From assembly GCA_964487255.1 (NCBI GenBank), contig CAZAQV010000003.1:92266-156265 (forward strand): a stretch of 64,000 bases of DNA, given 5' to 3'. Shown one piece after another: positions 28,790-39,339 of this stretch. Within the stretch, counting starts at the first letter, position 1; each line of letters opens with the position of its first letter. The notes under the pieces were generated by a model. The model did no database searches. It saw only the letters and a list, made by a program, of their open reading frames with translations, and had not been told where the DNA came from. The stretch comes from an uncultured Polyangiales bacterium. GTDB lineage: Bacteria > Myxococcota_A > Polyangia > Polyangiales > CAZAQV01. The translations under genes were made by a program, and so were the position numbers.

Positions 28790-29839
28790 GTGAGACCGAA
28801 AAATAGGTCGTGGCGCGCACTATTCATCCGGGTTAGAAAGCGCCTGGTGGACGTAGACCGCATCGCCGTCTCGGAACAAGCGCCCCCCTGGCACAAGCAA
28901 GCCGCTGAATCATTCGGGATTGAATGCATCCGTGTTCCCGGAGGCCCCGATGACCTTTCGCTGGTAGAAGCGGCCGCAGAGATTGGCACGCTATGGAGCA
29001 CCGCCCGAACGTTCGATGGTGCAAGAGCGCTTCGCGGGGCAGCCGAGCAAGCAAACGTGACATTTCTGGGCGCGCGTTTTTTGGATTCGGCCCCATCCGA
29101 TATCGGTGCCCAACGTGATTTGGCGGCTTCCTTAGGGATTCCGGTCGCGCATGAGGGCGTGGACCGACCACGCACGCTGGCCTTTCCACTCGCACGTTCC
29201 AAGGACGCCTTTCGGGTCGTCCACGAATGGGAGCTGAGCTGTTTTCACGAAGGGCATCCGCTCATGGCCGAAGCGCCTTCCCCGTTCTTGTTGGGCATCC
29301 CGGATGGCGAGGCCCTCCGCGGTGCACTCGTCGAGTACATCCAGCGCTACGTCGAAGCGATCGACCTTCATGGGGTCGCTTGCGCGTACTTCGCCATCGA
29401 CGCCCAATACAAAGTCACCTTTGAGGAGATCTTGCTAGGAGTCCGGGTCGGGGGCAGAGGAACGCAGCTTCTCGATCGGACAAACCTGTTTGCACTCGAA
29501 CTGCTTTTGGGTACGGATCGCCAGCTTCCAGAGGAGACGATCTTCGCTGATTTCGGTCACGTCGTCGAAGCAGTGGTGCCAGGCCACGCGCCCAAAGGCT
29601 TCAAGCTTCCCCCGGGACGTCCAGGAAAACTGCATTTCCTACGCAACCCCACAAAGGGGCGCATCGCGCAGATCACGGCGCTCGAACGAGTACGGCATCG
29701 TGCGATACTTCAACTGGATCGCGCGATCGCACTCACCCTATGGCCAGACGAGTGCAAGGATCACGTAAACCGATTGCGTGGCGTACTCAACAGTGAGGGA
29801 TTTCGCGCTGGCCAATACGACCGCAACTTCGAGTGCTAG
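28790..29839 (+). CDS. Degenerate biotin-carboxylase (AccC)-like protein lacking the ATP-grasp lid; probable pseudoenzyme
   Basis: It is colinear with AccC in the N-domain ([30 protein letters not shown] vs FIGP..I..MGDK...AGVP), in the core ([21 protein letters not shown] vs ERDCSxQRRxQKxxEEAP; [11 protein letters not shown] vs EMNTRxQVEH) and in the C-domain (FGHVVEAVV vs GHAxECRI). It is only 349 aa, and the GGGG(R)G loop region is missing. Confidence 0.6.
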   Translation: MRPKNRSWRALFIRVRKRLVDVDRIAVSEQAPPWHKQAAESFGIECIRVPGGPDDLSLVEAAAEIGTLWSTARTFDGARALRGAAEQANVTFLGARFLDSAPSDIGAQRDLAASLGIPVAHEGVDRPRTLAFPLARSKDAFRVVHEWELSCFHEGHPLMAEAPSPFLLGIPDGEALRGALVEYIQRYVEAIDLHGVACAYFAIDAQYKVTFEEILLGVRVGGRGTQLLDRTNLFALELLLGTDRQLPEETIFADFGHVVEAVVPGHAPKGFKLPPGRPGKLHFLRNPTKGRIAQITALERVRHRAILQLDRAIALTLWPDECKDHVNRLRGVLNSEGFRAGQYDRNFEC

Positions 29840-29968
29840 CAAGTGACGTCGTGGTACGTCCACGATGTCCCGACTGTTTCATTTTGCCCCGCCTCCCGGT
29901 TGGCACCGAAACAAGTGGCTTTGCCGACAAGACTCTAGAAAGACTCGGGTTTAGGGCCAACCACCCAC

Positions 29969-29984
29969 TTGGCACGCAACATGC
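29969..29984 (+). promoter_or_regulatory. Candidate sigma-54 (-24/-12) promoter
   Basis: TGGCAC-gcaac-aTGCT shows the correct GG-to-GC spacing of 12 nt against the TGGCAC-N5-TTGCW consensus. It lies about 50 nt upstream of the ATG at 30034. Confidence 0.4.
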
Positions 29985-30033
29985 TCATTCACGGTGCGTG
30001 CGCAACGGAGCGCACGCGAAAGGACACAACAAT

Positions 30034-30201
30034 ATGCTTAAGTGGACACTCATCTTTTTCGTACTCGCGCTCATCGCAGCCCTACTCGGTTTTGGTGGCA
30101 TCGCTGCAGGTGCGGCGGGCATCGCGAAGATTCTGTTCGTCGGCTTCTTGATCGTGGCCGCCGTCACATTCCTCATGAGCTTCATGCGCCGCGCGACATA
30201 A
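30034..30201 (+). CDS. DUF1328 (UPF0391, YtjA-like) small membrane protein
   Basis: [50 protein letters not shown] is the canonical two-helix DUF1328 sequence. AAAGGA lies upstream of the ATG. The longer ORF from 29833 is unlikely. Confidence 0.75.
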   Translation: MLKWTLIFFVLALIAALLGFGGIAAGAAGIAKILFVGFLIVAAVTFLMSFMRRAT

Positions 30202-30211
30202 CTTTCGCGCT

Positions 30212-31480
<1,269 letters not shown>

Positions 31481-31608
31481 CTATTCCCGGCTCTTCGCTA
31501 GGGTTTCCTCGAAACCATTGATGTTGCAGTTAGCACATCAGGTTTCTCTTCAACACCGCTCATCACACGGGACTTCTTTGCCAACTGCTTTCTGAGTCGC
31601 TGCGTGGT

Positions 31609-32547
31609 GTGCTATGCGACTGCCCCGTGCCGGCACTTGCCTTTATTCCGTGGTTCCAGGTTCCTACGTACGAGGTCCCGATCCCCGGGCTCGATACAGG
31701 CCTCCCGCTTCCACCATTTGGCATCTTGGTTGCCATCGGGGTCATGGCCGGTTCGGAGCTTGCGCAGTGGTACGGCAAACGCATCGGGATTGAGCGCTAT
31801 GTCGTGGCCGACCTGGTCTTCCATGTGATCGTGACCGCCTTTATCTGCGCCTACTTTGGCAATGCGTTGCTTTACGAACCCGAGGTGTTCTGGGATGTCG
31901 TGACAAATCCTAGCCAGCTCTTGGAAATGTATCTCGGGCTCTCATCGTATGGCGGCTTCTTCGGCGCGGTCCTGGGTCTACTGATTTGGAAGTACCGCAC
32001 CAAGCACTCCGCCCTTTGGGTGGGAGGCGCAGTCTCGTTTGGTTTTCCACTGGGTTGGCTCTTTGGTCGCACAGGTTGTTTCTTGGTACACGACCACCCT
32101 GGGAAGGAAACCGACTTCTTTCTCGCGGTCGATAACTATCGCTTTGGCTACCCGCCTTTTGTGCCTCGGCACGACTTGGGCCTTTACGAAGTCTTCTGGA
32201 GTGCGGCCACCGCCGGGCTGTTCTTTTACTTGGCCCGCAAACCGCGCAAACCAGGCTTCTTTCTCGCCCTACTTCCCGTGCTCTACGCCCCGGTTCGTTT
32301 CGGGCTCGACTTCTTGCGGGCAGACCCACTTGAAGGCGGTGACGCTCGCTACGCCGGTTTGACTCCCGCTCAGTATGGCTCGATCGCTGCCTTTGCTGCG
32401 GGTTGCGCCTTGCTCTACTGGATCGAAAAGAACCCGCCGGTTGTCCTGCCCCCCAATGAAGAATCTACCGCCGACGAGACCGACGAGGCCGACGAGGCCG
32501 ACGAGGATGAAACCGGCGGCGACAAGCCCGAGACAAACCAAGACTAG
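31609..32547 (+). CDS. lgt: Prolipoprotein diacylglyceryl transferase with an acidic repeat tail
   Basis: It is a polytopic protein with FGILVAIG..., the GRTGCFLVHDHPG block and a ...LGLYE... block typical of Lgt. The tail is DETDEADEADEDETGGD. The exact start is uncertain. Confidence 0.8.
   Translation: MLCDCPVPALAFIPWFQVPTYEVPIPGLDTGLPLPPFGILVAIGVMAGSELAQWYGKRIGIERYVVADLVFHVIVTAFICAYFGNALLYEPEVFWDVVTNPSQLLEMYLGLSSYGGFFGAVLGLLIWKYRTKHSALWVGGAVSFGFPLGWLFGRTGCFLVHDHPGKETDFFLAVDNYRFGYPPFVPRHDLGLYEVFWSAATAGLFFYLARKPRKPGFFLALLPVLYAPVRFGLDFLRADPLEGGDARYAGLTPAQYGSIAAFAAGCALLYWIEKNPPVVLPPNEESTADETDEADEADEDETGGDKPETNQD
32473..32508 (+). repeat. 9-bp tandem repeat (4 units) inside the lgt 3' end
   Basis: The repeat reads GACGAGACC GACGAGGCC GACGAGGCC GACGAGGAT and encodes (DE[TAD])4. 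Confidence 0.8.
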
Positions 32548-32597
32548 CCTCCACCACCTGGTAGCCCACAAACACCTACTTTTTCGGCGCAAACGCC

Positions 32598-33803
32598 GTG
32601 ATAAACTACGAGAGCAGGAGTTTTCTCGTGGTGGCTGGCAAAGGACTTTCGCGCGCATCAACTCAGCTCGGGTTGCTCGGATCCCTATGCCTTCACCTGT
32701 CGGTCACGCTTTGGGTTACGAGTCAGCCCCACCACCCCACTCCATCCATTGCAGCGCCCCCTTGGAGTGACTTTGCAGTTGAAGTCGAGGTTCAGGGGGC
32801 TGGCTTTCCACTCGCCACACCAACTTCACCGACCCGTGACACGCAGGTTCTCACAGGCGGACTGCTCGCGAACGCAGCAGACACGTGGCAGCGTGGTGGG
32901 ACAACGGGCGGAGCCGCAACTGTGGTGAACCTCGGAAGTCGCATCGGCGAGAGCACAATTCGCGACGTGAGCCAAAATAACCGGGCGCTCGACCAAGTAC
33001 AGCGTATTCGAACCTCGGAGTCGCGGCAGTCATCACAGCGCGCGAGGCAAACCCCGAACCCTGCGAGTGCCGCGGTCCTGAGCACCGGCCAGGGCAAGAG
33101 CGATGCCCGAACTCGGCGACGTACGCAACGTCCCCATCGATCAGACTCGCAAGCGGAAGAACGCAAGACAGAACTCGGACCGGGCGGCGAACAGCCGGTC
33201 ATCGTGCAAGGTCAGTCGAATCAGAGTGCCGCGGCCAAGACGGCGGCGAGTTCAACATTGCGTCCCGACCTCACCCGCGGTCGCGCGACAACCGACACAG
33301 CCTGGCATGCGCAGCGTCCTGCCGACAATGTCGACTCGACGAGCGCCTCGCGTGCATCCACGGATGGCAACATCGAGCAGACCCCGAGCAAGCTTGGGCA
33401 CGACGGCGTCGGCGTCGGGGACACCAGCCAGCTGCCAGGAGCACGTTCGCTCGCCGCGTCACCCATGTCAGGTCCGCTTCGTGGTCCCGTGGGTAACGCC
33501 GCCTACGATCGCTGGCTCGCTGATCAGCGAAGGGCCATCGGCGACGAACTTCGCTTTCCACAAGCTCGAAAAGTCTCACTCGACCAAGGCATCAGCGTAT
33601 TCGAGCTTCTCGTCTCTCGTGACGGTCGCGTCCTCGAAGGCCCCTCGCTCATACGTTCGAGTGGGTTCGATGACTTTGACAGCGAGGGCCGCCGCGCCAT
33701 CAACGCCACCCGGTTCGCGCCTCTTCCGCGCTCGCTCACGCTGGGCGACCGTCCGCTCAAGGTCACGATGGTCGTACGCTTCTTCAACCCGATGACCTTC
33801 TAA
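32598..33803 (+). CDS. TonB C-terminal-domain membrane protein (long Ser/Thr/Arg-rich linker)
   Basis: GTG start, with an N-terminal TM segment (LGLLGSLCLHLSVTLWV). The C-terminal roughly 90 aa (FPQARKVSLDQGISVFELLVSRDGRVLEGPSLIRSSGFDDFDSEGRRAINATRFAPLP) fit the TonB_C fold pattern. Confidence 0.65.
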   Translation: MINYESRSFLVVAGKGLSRASTQLGLLGSLCLHLSVTLWVTSQPHHPTPSIAAPPWSDFAVEVEVQGAGFPLATPTSPTRDTQVLTGGLLANAADTWQRGGTTGGAATVVNLGSRIGESTIRDVSQNNRALDQVQRIRTSESRQSSQRARQTPNPASAAVLSTGQGKSDARTRRRTQRPHRSDSQAEERKTELGPGGEQPVIVQGQSNQSAAAKTAASSTLRPDLTRGRATTDTAWHAQRPADNVDSTSASRASTDGNIEQTPSKLGHDGVGVGDTSQLPGARSLAASPMSGPLRGPVGNAAYDRWLADQRRAIGDELRFPQARKVSLDQGISVFELLVSRDGRVLEGPSLIRSSGFDDFDSEGRRAINATRFAPLPRSLTLGDRPLKVTMVVRFFNPMTF

Positions 33804-33805
33804 GC

Positions 33806-34579
33806 CTACTTGTTCTCGTAGGCCTCGTCGATTGGCAGGTCGAGCTTGCGTTTTGCCAGACCGAACCAATGGCTAAGCTCGAGCCCCACCCACATACTAT
33901 AAGTCACGAACTCGGGGTCGGGACCGATCTCAATGCCAACGTTGGGCGAGAGTAGCCAACCGCCGCTATCCTCTTGCGAGGAGAGGTAGATGTTGTACCC
34001 GCCGCCGAGCGTAAACACCGCGCCAAAACGCCCGCGGTCAAAGTCCTTGTCTTGCGGGTCCGTCCCGCCCGAACCACCAGCGCCGAAGCCAACGAGCACA
34101 TACCACTTCGGGTCCACGCGAAGCTGCGCCTGGATGCCGACACGTCCCAGATAGAGTTCGTCGACATTGTCCCCTAGCGAAAGCGGGGAAAAGGCGAACG
34201 CCAACCCGAGGTCGAGCCAAGGGGCTATCTCTTGGCCAAGTCGCAGTTGAAAACCTGGACCGTAAGCCGGGCCACGCGTGGGCCGCTTGTCGTCATCGGC
34301 GAAGGCCATCCCGAAGTTGACGCCGAGCGCAATGTAATGCCCCTGGTTGGCCTGCGGTTTGCGCAGGACAGTCTCTTCCTTCTGCCGCGCCTCTTCCTGG
34401 GCCTGCACATACTCGAGCGACCCAACATCCACGCCTTCTGCCGCTTCGTCAGCCGCACTCGGCTGCCCCTGACTCTGACTTTGCGCTTTCGCGGTCACTT
34501 GAAAGGCAGCGAAAATCAAGGTCACGAGTAATAAGACAGTGAAGACGGATCCCGCGCTCGATTCAGAAGCGCGATTCAT
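33806..34579 (-). CDS. Probable outer-membrane beta-barrel protein
   Basis: It has a signal peptide (VLLLVTLIFAAFQVTAKAQS) and an alternating-hydrophobicity, Gly/aromatic-rich body. There is a 4-nt overlap with the upstream TBDR gene. Confidence 0.5.
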   Translation of the reverse strand: MNRASESSAGSVFTVLLLVTLIFAAFQVTAKAQSQSQGQPSAADEAAEGVDVGSLEYVQAQEEARQKEETVLRKPQANQGHYIALGVNFGMAFADDDKRPTRGPAYGPGFQLRLGQEIAPWLDLGLAFAFSPLSLGDNVDELYLGRVGIQAQLRVDPKWYVLVGFGAGGSGGTDPQDKDFDRGRFGAVFTLGGGYNIYLSSQEDSGGWLLSPNVGIEIGPDPEFVTYSMWVGLELSHWFGLAKRKLDLPIDEAYENK

Positions 34580-37293
34580 ATCTCACCTCGGATTCCGAGC
34601 ACTGGCAGTATCGGCAGCCCCGTTGTGGACTCTTTCTTCGTGAAGTCGTAGTTGTAATCTGCACCCTCTGCGTTCTGACGATTGTAAACATTCTGGATGT
34701 CGAGGTAGACGTTGAGCATCCAGCTCCCAAACACCCAGCGCTTGTCGATTCGAATATCGAGCTGGTGAAAGGCGTCGACGCGTGCCGAGTTGACCGGCCC
34801 GTTGACACGACGATATCGGTCTCCGCGGGAATCATAGGTTGCGCCAACGACGGGTGTTTCCGGGTTGCCACTCACGTAGCGCCAGCGCGCACTGATCTCC
34901 CAGTTCTCAGGCAGCTGGTACGCGCCGATCAACGTGAGAATGTGCGTCTGGTCAAAATCGAAGAGCCGGTACTCGTCCGACTCCGCATCAAGTCGCTCCG
35001 AGCGAGACAAGGTATACGCCACCCACCCGTAGAAGCCGTCTGAAAGCTCGTGCTTCGCCGAGACCTCCACGCCGTAGACGCGACCTTCTCCTTCGTTGCT
35101 ATAACGAAGTGGCCTAACCTCATCGCCTTGCGAAGTCGTCGCCACGGTCGGACTGACCAGGTCGAACATGTCCTTGTAGAAGCCCGTGACATCGATATTC
35201 ACGTACTTGACGGGCGTGTACTCAAAACCCGCAGAGTAGTGGATCGCTTTTTCGAGTCCGAGGTCGGGGTTTCCGAACACAGGGTCCGTCTCGTAGTAAA
35301 CCGGCTCTTGTGAGAAAAGCCCAACACCTCCCTTGACCGCCCATTGTTCAGCAAGTTGATAGCGTGCCGTGAGACGTGGCGAGAGACCGAACTCGTCGGT
35401 GCGCGAATAGTGGTCGAATCGAACTCCGGGCACGATCAATAACGGTTCAAGGGGTCGAATCTCAAACTCCGCAAAAAGCCCGGTCGCGTGCAAGTCCTCA
35501 TCAAAGGACGTAAAAAGAAGATTCCCGTCTTGTAAGCCTTGGTCATCGTCAGGTTGCCCCTCCGAGGGTGGAGTTGGTGACCGAATGTCTCCCGTCACGT
35601 TCTGAAAGAGGTAGTCGAGTCCGGTACGCACACGAAAAAACTCATTGAGCCGAAACACCGTGGTGTCTCGAACCTGCGCTTGCAGGAGGTCGACATTGAA
35701 GAAAATCCCAGTACCAACATTGAGCCCCACAGTGTCATTGCCGATCGAGATCTTGAGTTCGTTCTGCACATCTTTGTTGGGAACAAATTGATACTCGACG
35801 ATGCCGCGGTAAAAGGTCGTGCCAAATCCGATGTCCTCGACCACAAACTCGGGATCGAAAACCGCAGGCTCGTCAAACAAGACACGAAACTCGTCATCGG
35901 AGAAAAAGAACAAGCCATTTACGCGATGTTCTGCACTGGGCTGATAACTCGCAAGCAACTGAAAGTCGTAGTAGCGAGGCGCAACGAGTTCGAAGCTGTC
36001 TTGCGGCAACGCGGCCTCCAAGATCGCGTCGATGTAGCTACGCCGACCTCCCACAGCGATGGACAGCTCATCGGTGATCGGTGCTTCAAGCCACAAGCTC
36101 GCGTCGAGCACGCTAATGTCGAGGTAACCGTCAAGTTGCTTGGGGTTTAGCGTCTTAAGCCCCACGTCGACAATGCCGCCTGTCGCACGGCCATACTCAA
36201 CGGAAAAGTTTCCCGGATAGAATTCAATACGATCGATGACCCCAGACGGGAGCACGCTACGAAGTCCACCAAAGTGAAAGAGCAACGGAACCTCGATGCC
36301 ATTTACGAAACGTCGCGAATCCTCCGGCGCAGAACCTCGAACAACAAGTTGATTGAAGTTCGTTCGCGCAACACCTGGGAAGTTGTTCACGACGGCGAGC
36401 ACATCACCGAACGTGCCTGGAATGCGCTCGGCCCGCTTGGCGTCGATTACCGTGCGATTGACTTCGCGTTTGACACGGTCGGTTTCGACGGTGACGTCGT
36501 AGGGATTGTACGACTGTTTTTCGATGAGGTACCGCACATCGGTTCGCTCTCCGTCCCGCACCTCTTCGGTTGTACGCAATGGATAATAGCCCTCGGGATC
36601 CGCCAGGACTCGCCATTCACCTACGCCAAGCTCCGTGAACACGAACTCTCCCGATTCATCGGTGTCGGTTTCATAGCCTTCCGCCCCCTCGCCCTCTCCC
36701 CGGAACACGGTGACCTTGACGCCGCTCAGGTCAATGCGCGTACCGCGCTCCTGTAGCGCGCCCCGTAGTTCTCCAGTCGGGCCCTTCACTTCAGCGGCCT
36801 TTTCTTCTTCCGCCTCCGCCTTTTCGGATACTTCAGGTCTGATGTCGGGCACAAAACGAAATCGATAGTTGATACGAACCGGGATCCCCACGCCGTTTTC
36901 GCGAGCCGCCCTAAACTTGAGGCGGTATGCCGCTTCAAGCGCAGCCTCGTCGAAACCGTACCCAACGGGCTCGGCTGGCTCCTTCACGCGAGCCTGCTCC
37001 ACTTTGCCTTGCACATCGAGGTCAAGTTCGAGTGTGACCGTTGCCGAGACCCCTTCGGCTTTCGCCCTCTCGGGATAAGTGGGCGTGGCATCTTCGAGCA
37101 GCGATGGCGGCACGAAACCTTCATCAGCTGTCGGCGCAGCGGCATCGGATCTGCCCGAATCGACTGCACCGTCCTCCCCCCCACCGTCGCGAGGCACCCC
37201 GGCGTCTTGGGCCTGCAGTGGGGCTACGAGCCCGAGCAACATCCCGCCCGCTCCCAAGCACCTCAACACAGCCCTCGAGCCGGACGGCTTCAT
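34576..37293 (-). CDS. TonB-dependent receptor with an N-terminal TonB_C-like domain plus a carboxypeptidase-regulatory-like domain (Oar-like)
   Basis: After the signal peptide comes a TonB_C-like block (PTYPERAKAEGVSATVTLELDLDVQGKVEQARV...FDEAALEAAYRLKFRAARENGVGIPVRINYRFRF). This is followed by a CarboxypepD_reg-like block (VTVFRGE...DESGEFVFTELGVGEWRVLADPEGYY) and a plug (ERIPGTFGDVLAVVNNFPGVARTNFNQLVVRGSAPEDSRRFVNGIEVP). The rest is a long barrel region. Confidence 0.85.
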   Translation of the reverse strand: MKPSGSRAVLRCLGAGGMLLGLVAPLQAQDAGVPRDGGGEDGAVDSGRSDAAAPTADEGFVPPSLLEDATPTYPERAKAEGVSATVTLELDLDVQGKVEQARVKEPAEPVGYGFDEAALEAAYRLKFRAARENGVGIPVRINYRFRFVPDIRPEVSEKAEAEEEKAAEVKGPTGELRGALQERGTRIDLSGVKVTVFRGEGEGAEGYETDTDESGEFVFTELGVGEWRVLADPEGYYPLRTTEEVRDGERTDVRYLIEKQSYNPYDVTVETDRVKREVNRTVIDAKRAERIPGTFGDVLAVVNNFPGVARTNFNQLVVRGSAPEDSRRFVNGIEVPLLFHFGGLRSVLPSGVIDRIEFYPGNFSVEYGRATGGIVDVGLKTLNPKQLDGYLDISVLDASLWLEAPITDELSIAVGGRRSYIDAILEAALPQDSFELVAPRYYDFQLLASYQPSAEHRVNGLFFFSDDEFRVLFDEPAVFDPEFVVEDIGFGTTFYRGIVEYQFVPNKDVQNELKISIGNDTVGLNVGTGIFFNVDLLQAQVRDTTVFRLNEFFRVRTGLDYLFQNVTGDIRSPTPPSEGQPDDDQGLQDGNLLFTSFDEDLHATGLFAEFEIRPLEPLLIVPGVRFDHYSRTDEFGLSPRLTARYQLAEQWAVKGGVGLFSQEPVYYETDPVFGNPDLGLEKAIHYSAGFEYTPVKYVNIDVTGFYKDMFDLVSPTVATTSQGDEVRPLRYSNEGEGRVYGVEVSAKHELSDGFYGWVAYTLSRSERLDAESDEYRLFDFDQTHILTLIGAYQLPENWEISARWRYVSGNPETPVVGATYDSRGDRYRRVNGPVNSARVDAFHQLDIRIDKRWVFGSWMLNVYLDIQNVYNRQNAEGADYNYDFTKKESTTGLPILPVLGIRGEI

Positions 37294-38342
37294 GGGACAC
37301 CGTCCTCGTAGTTAAATGTATATGAGGTCCAGCCAATTCCTTTGCGCTCATCTCGCGCCACAAGGAACAGCGTGACCTCACCAGATGGCGTGCCGTCGTT
37401 GACCGGGAAGTACCAAAAGTTCGAGACAAACTTTTCGAACTCGATGAGGCCGCCCACGTAGTCAGTCTCTTGCTCGGCATCATCGAGGTTCTCCACGTCG
37501 TCAAAGCGAGTGTCGTTGCCGAGTTCGTTCTGGATGAAGTCGATCGTGCCCGCGGTCACGAACCAATCCATCTCCATGTTCTCCCGTCTCGGTTCAGGAG
37601 GCGGCAAGCCATCGCGCTCCGGGGGCAAGAAAACCTCAGCCTCAGCCTCTGAGAAACCAGCCTGGAGTCGATAGAGTTCTCCCCGATGAAGGGTGCCGCC
37701 TATCGGAATCTCCACCTCGTCACTCACCCGGACCACCTTGAGCTCTCCCTCAAGATTCGGGTTCTCATTTCTCTCCTCCTCGGCGGGTGCTTCGAGCAGC
37801 AGGGGCAGCTCGCGCCATCCGACAAGTTCATCGGCTTCGGGACCATCGCCCGCGCGTACGCGTATGATCACGCTGGGCAGCAAGTTCTCTCCGCACTCGA
37901 TTGGAACCGGGAGATCATCGACCTCAGAAGCGAGCGCATCGCAAAGCAAATCTACAAGCTCCGGAGTGAGCGGGTTGGTGAACGTCGCGGAGGAGGCTTG
38001 CCCAAGCGAAAAACTCGGCGGCTCACCAGGCAACGCGGCCTCCACCCAAAGCTCTGCCAAGTAAGCTTCGCTTAGTTCACAGCCGTATCCATTTGAGGGG
38101 GCGTCCGGAACCGGGCACCATGACCACTCGTAAGAGAGTTCACGCGCTTCTGGGTCGAACGCAAGGACCCGAAGCGTAGTCTGCTCTGCAGGCGCCACAT
38201 CGGCCGGATCAGATTGAATACCCAGGATACGAAGGCGATCGAGTTCGCCGAAAACGTCGGCGCGTTCCTCTTTGATCGTGCATCCAAGTGTCAATGCCAG
38301 CGGCAGCCCAAAATTCAATACCCGGTTCAGCATTCTAGTCAT
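37290..38342 (-). CDS. Lipoprotein of unknown function in the TonB operon
   Basis: The ATG at 38342 gives MTRMLNRVLNFGLPLALTLGC (a lipobox). It overlaps the tonB stop by 8 nt and the TBDR start by 4 nt. No motif recognised. Confidence 0.55.
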   Translation of the reverse strand: MTRMLNRVLNFGLPLALTLGCTIKEERADVFGELDRLRILGIQSDPADVAPAEQTTLRVLAFDPEARELSYEWSWCPVPDAPSNGYGCELSEAYLAELWVEAALPGEPPSFSLGQASSATFTNPLTPELVDLLCDALASEVDDLPVPIECGENLLPSVIIRVRAGDGPEADELVGWRELPLLLEAPAEEERNENPNLEGELKVVRVSDEVEIPIGGTLHRGELYRLQAGFSEAEAEVFLPPERDGLPPPEPRRENMEMDWFVTAGTIDFIQNELGNDTRFDDVENLDDAEQETDYVGGLIEFEKFVSNFWYFPVNDGTPSGEVTLFLVARDERKGIGWTSYTFNYEDGVP

Positions 38343-39333
38343 CGTCGATCCGAAACCTATACGAGTAAGCGAGCCTGTAAGGAACGGCTGCGCCGTCGCG
38401 TTTTGCGGGGGCAAATCGTTCCGCCCGAGCGGCTTTGATCGCGGCCTGATCGAACGCCGGATGACCCGAGCTTTGCACAACCCGCACACCGACCACGTTT
38501 CCGCCTTTGTCTAGATCGACACTGACCTTGACGGTTCCTTCGATCTCTTGCGCCTTGAGCGTCGCCGGATAGGCGGGCTTGCTCGGGCGTACCCGCTTGG
38601 GTTTGATAAACTGCACGTCGCGCGTCGGAATGTGTGCGGCTGCGCGCTGGGTCGGCGAGCTACTTCCCGACCCCGATAGCCGCTGCTTCGCAACGTTCGG
38701 ATCGGTTGCGGTCTGCTCTGTCTTACCCATTCGGGAGGTGCCGGTTGCGAAGGATGGCCCGCTCCCACCCGACACTGTCGATTCAAAGTCGAGTCCGACC
38801 GTCCTGCGAACAGGTTCGGCGGGTTCGGGCGCATCACTAGGCTCCGCGGCCGGCGCCGGGTCAGGGTTCTTGCGTTTTGCTTCACGCTTCGGAGGCGGGG
38901 CTGCGGGCTCTGGCTTGTGCGGCGTAAAATCCGAGGGAATCGGCGGCTCCTCTTCAACGACGACCTCTTTCGGCTCCTCTTTGTCCTCAGGCTCGGGTGG
39001 CGCCAATGTCTCCACGACGCGGAACTGAACGCGCTCGCTAAGATACTCTTCCCGCTCACCCACGACACGGTTCACGAGAAGAAAGAGCGCAATAACGAGC
39101 ACATGTACGATGACCGCGGCAATAAATAGTCGAGCAGCACCGATCGTCGAAAGCACGGCCGAATCTTCTCGAACAAGAGGGTCTCGCACCGCCTGCGGCT
39201 GCTCGATGGGGCGAAGGACGCGGTTGTGAATCCGTGAACGAGCCTCAAGCCGCTTCTCGCGACGGAGCGCGGCCAGCCGCACGCCGTGCGCAAAGGCATC
39301 GCCCGAAGAGCTTCTCTTTTCTACGATTGCCAT
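38335..39333 (-). CDS. tonB: Energy transducer TonB
   Basis: It has a TM anchor and a Pro/Glu/Lys-rich spacer (PPEPEDKEEPKEVVVEEEPPIPSDFTPHKPEPAAPPPK). The C-terminal TonB_C domain reads PAYPATLKAQEIEGTVKVSVDLDKGGNVVGVRVVQSSGHPAFDQAAIKAARAERFAPA. Confidence 0.8.
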   Translation of the reverse strand: MAIVEKRSSSGDAFAHGVRLAALRREKRLEARSRIHNRVLRPIEQPQAVRDPLVREDSAVLSTIGAARLFIAAVIVHVLVIALFLLVNRVVGEREEYLSERVQFRVVETLAPPEPEDKEEPKEVVVEEEPPIPSDFTPHKPEPAAPPPKREAKRKNPDPAPAAEPSDAPEPAEPVRRTVGLDFESTVSGGSGPSFATGTSRMGKTEQTATDPNVAKQRLSGSGSSSPTQRAAAHIPTRDVQFIKPKRVRPSKPAYPATLKAQEIEGTVKVSVDLDKGGNVVGVRVVQSSGHPAFDQAAIKAARAERFAPAKRDGAAVPYRLAYSYRFRIDDD

Positions 39334-39339
39334 GAAGAA

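Noticed and set aside
29901-29916. A second TGGCAC hexamer upstream of the DUF1328 gene
   Set aside because: No GC or TTGC element occurs at the required -12 spacing (the sequence is TGGCAC-cgaaa-caagt).
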